Assembly (NCBI GenBank): GCA_964016885.1
Contig: OZ024742.1
Location: forward strand, 374,170,001-374,234,000
DNA length: 64,000 nt
Reading direction: 5' to 3'
DNA from: Eledone cirrhosa
Taxonomy: Eukaryota
Both the position numbers and the translations under genes were made by a program. Numbering within the stretch: the stretch's first letter is position 1; each line of letters begins with the position of its first letter. This document shows, in pieces, positions 63,059-64,000 of the stretch. Under the pieces are notes generated by a model, which saw nothing but the letters and a program-made list of their open reading frames with translations, was not told the DNA's origin and did not search any database.

Positions 63059-64000
63059 TGTATGCGTGTGTGTGGAGGGGAATACCAGGTATAGTGTTGG
63101 TGAATTTCAGGAAACATGCAAGTTTTGAAGGATGCAGTGTCAACTATACGTGTTGATCTCCATATTTATGACTTTCAGAAATATATTTTCATACTCAGAG
63201 TTGTTGAAGCATGAAACAAACAGTTGTTAGTTGTCGGGACACTGTGTGTATCATGACACATACTGTTCACTTTACTGACATTTCGACATTATTCTATGTA
63301 CTATACATGCACTTTTGATGAGTTGTAGTGCACCTGAGCACTGTACACAATAATTTTCAGTGGATTGGCAGTATCAGTAGAGGGGTGGACGCCATGCTTT
63401 GCATCATAGAGTTACGGCCCTTTATGATGTGAGTTCAAATCCCGCCGAGGTTAACTTTGCCTTTCATCCTTACGGGAGTCGATAAAATAAAGTACCAGTA
63501 ATACACTGGTTATTATATGCTGGCCTTGTGCCAAAAGTAGAAACATTTATTATCAAACACATAAACGTATGGACTTTGCTGTTTCACCCTATCACTTTCT
63601 TAGAAAAACTTCTCAAGTGCAACTAACTGTTGTCTAAAGTGAAAGTAGTAGTAGTAGTAGTGGTGGTGGTGGTGGTGTTAGTAGTAGTGGTGGTGGTGGT
63701 GGTGGTGTTAGTAGTAGTGGTGGTGGTGGTGGTGGTGTTAGTAGTAGTAGTGGTGGTGGTGGTGGTGTTAGTAGTAGTAGTGGTGGTGGTGGTGTTAGTA
63801 GTGGTGGTGGTGGTGTTAGTAGTAGTGGTGGTGGTGGTGGTGGTGTTAGTAGTAGTGGTGGTGGTGGTGGTGGTGTTAGTAGTAGTGGTGGTGGTGGTGG
63901 TGGTGTTAGTAGTAGTGGTGGTGGTGGTGGTGGTGTTAGTAGTAGTGGTGGTGGTGGTGGTGGTGTTAGTAGTAGTGGTGGTGGTGGTGGTGGTGTTAGT
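63039..64000 (+). repeat. Second copy of a direct segmental duplication of 56411-~57370 (offset 6632 bp); runs off the window
   Basis: catgtatgcgtgtgtgtggagggg at 56425 and 63057. About 586 bp of non-array sequence looks identical by eye, then the same GTG/GTA array follows with a different unit count. Confidence 0.96.

Noticed and set aside
60168-63156. His/Thr-rich ORFs of 986 and 942 aa and antisense Val/Cys ORFs
   Set aside because: Translations of the CA/CAC array, open in nearly all frames.

Overview
Eukaryotic, gene-free, repeat-dominated window. The SINE/RTE families resemble those of octopod cephalopods (inference from recalled sequence, not a search). Bases 1-43170 are one AT-rich satellite built from 7-mer ACATATA and 9-mer ACATATATA units. 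It is almost G-free on the + strand and organised into at least five local tandem duplications of about 1.8-3.0 kb. It is interrupted by three copies of a tRNA-head/RTE-tail chimeric element and by one intact non-autonomous Helitron. Bases 43171-64000 are a graveyard of mobile elements: a broken RTE LINE with a structured, repeated 5' UTR, a CR1/L2-group LINE, Tx1/L1 and CRE remnants, many tRNA-derived SINEs, TTAA-type MITEs, foldbacks, a (GTG/GTA) 30-mer array, a 2.7-kb CA/CAC array and a direct duplication at 6632-bp offset. The strongest unexpected signal is a pair of complete type I hammerhead ribozymes (44579-44639 on the minus strand, 44784-44844 on the plus strand) inside a 165-bp inverted repeat, with compensatory changes in helix II; this is typical of Penelope-like pseudo-LTRs. 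Several other RNA-structure candidates (pseudoknots, a partial HDV-like fold) lie in retroelement UTRs. No host protein-coding gene is supported; the long low-complexity ORFs are artefacts of the repeats.
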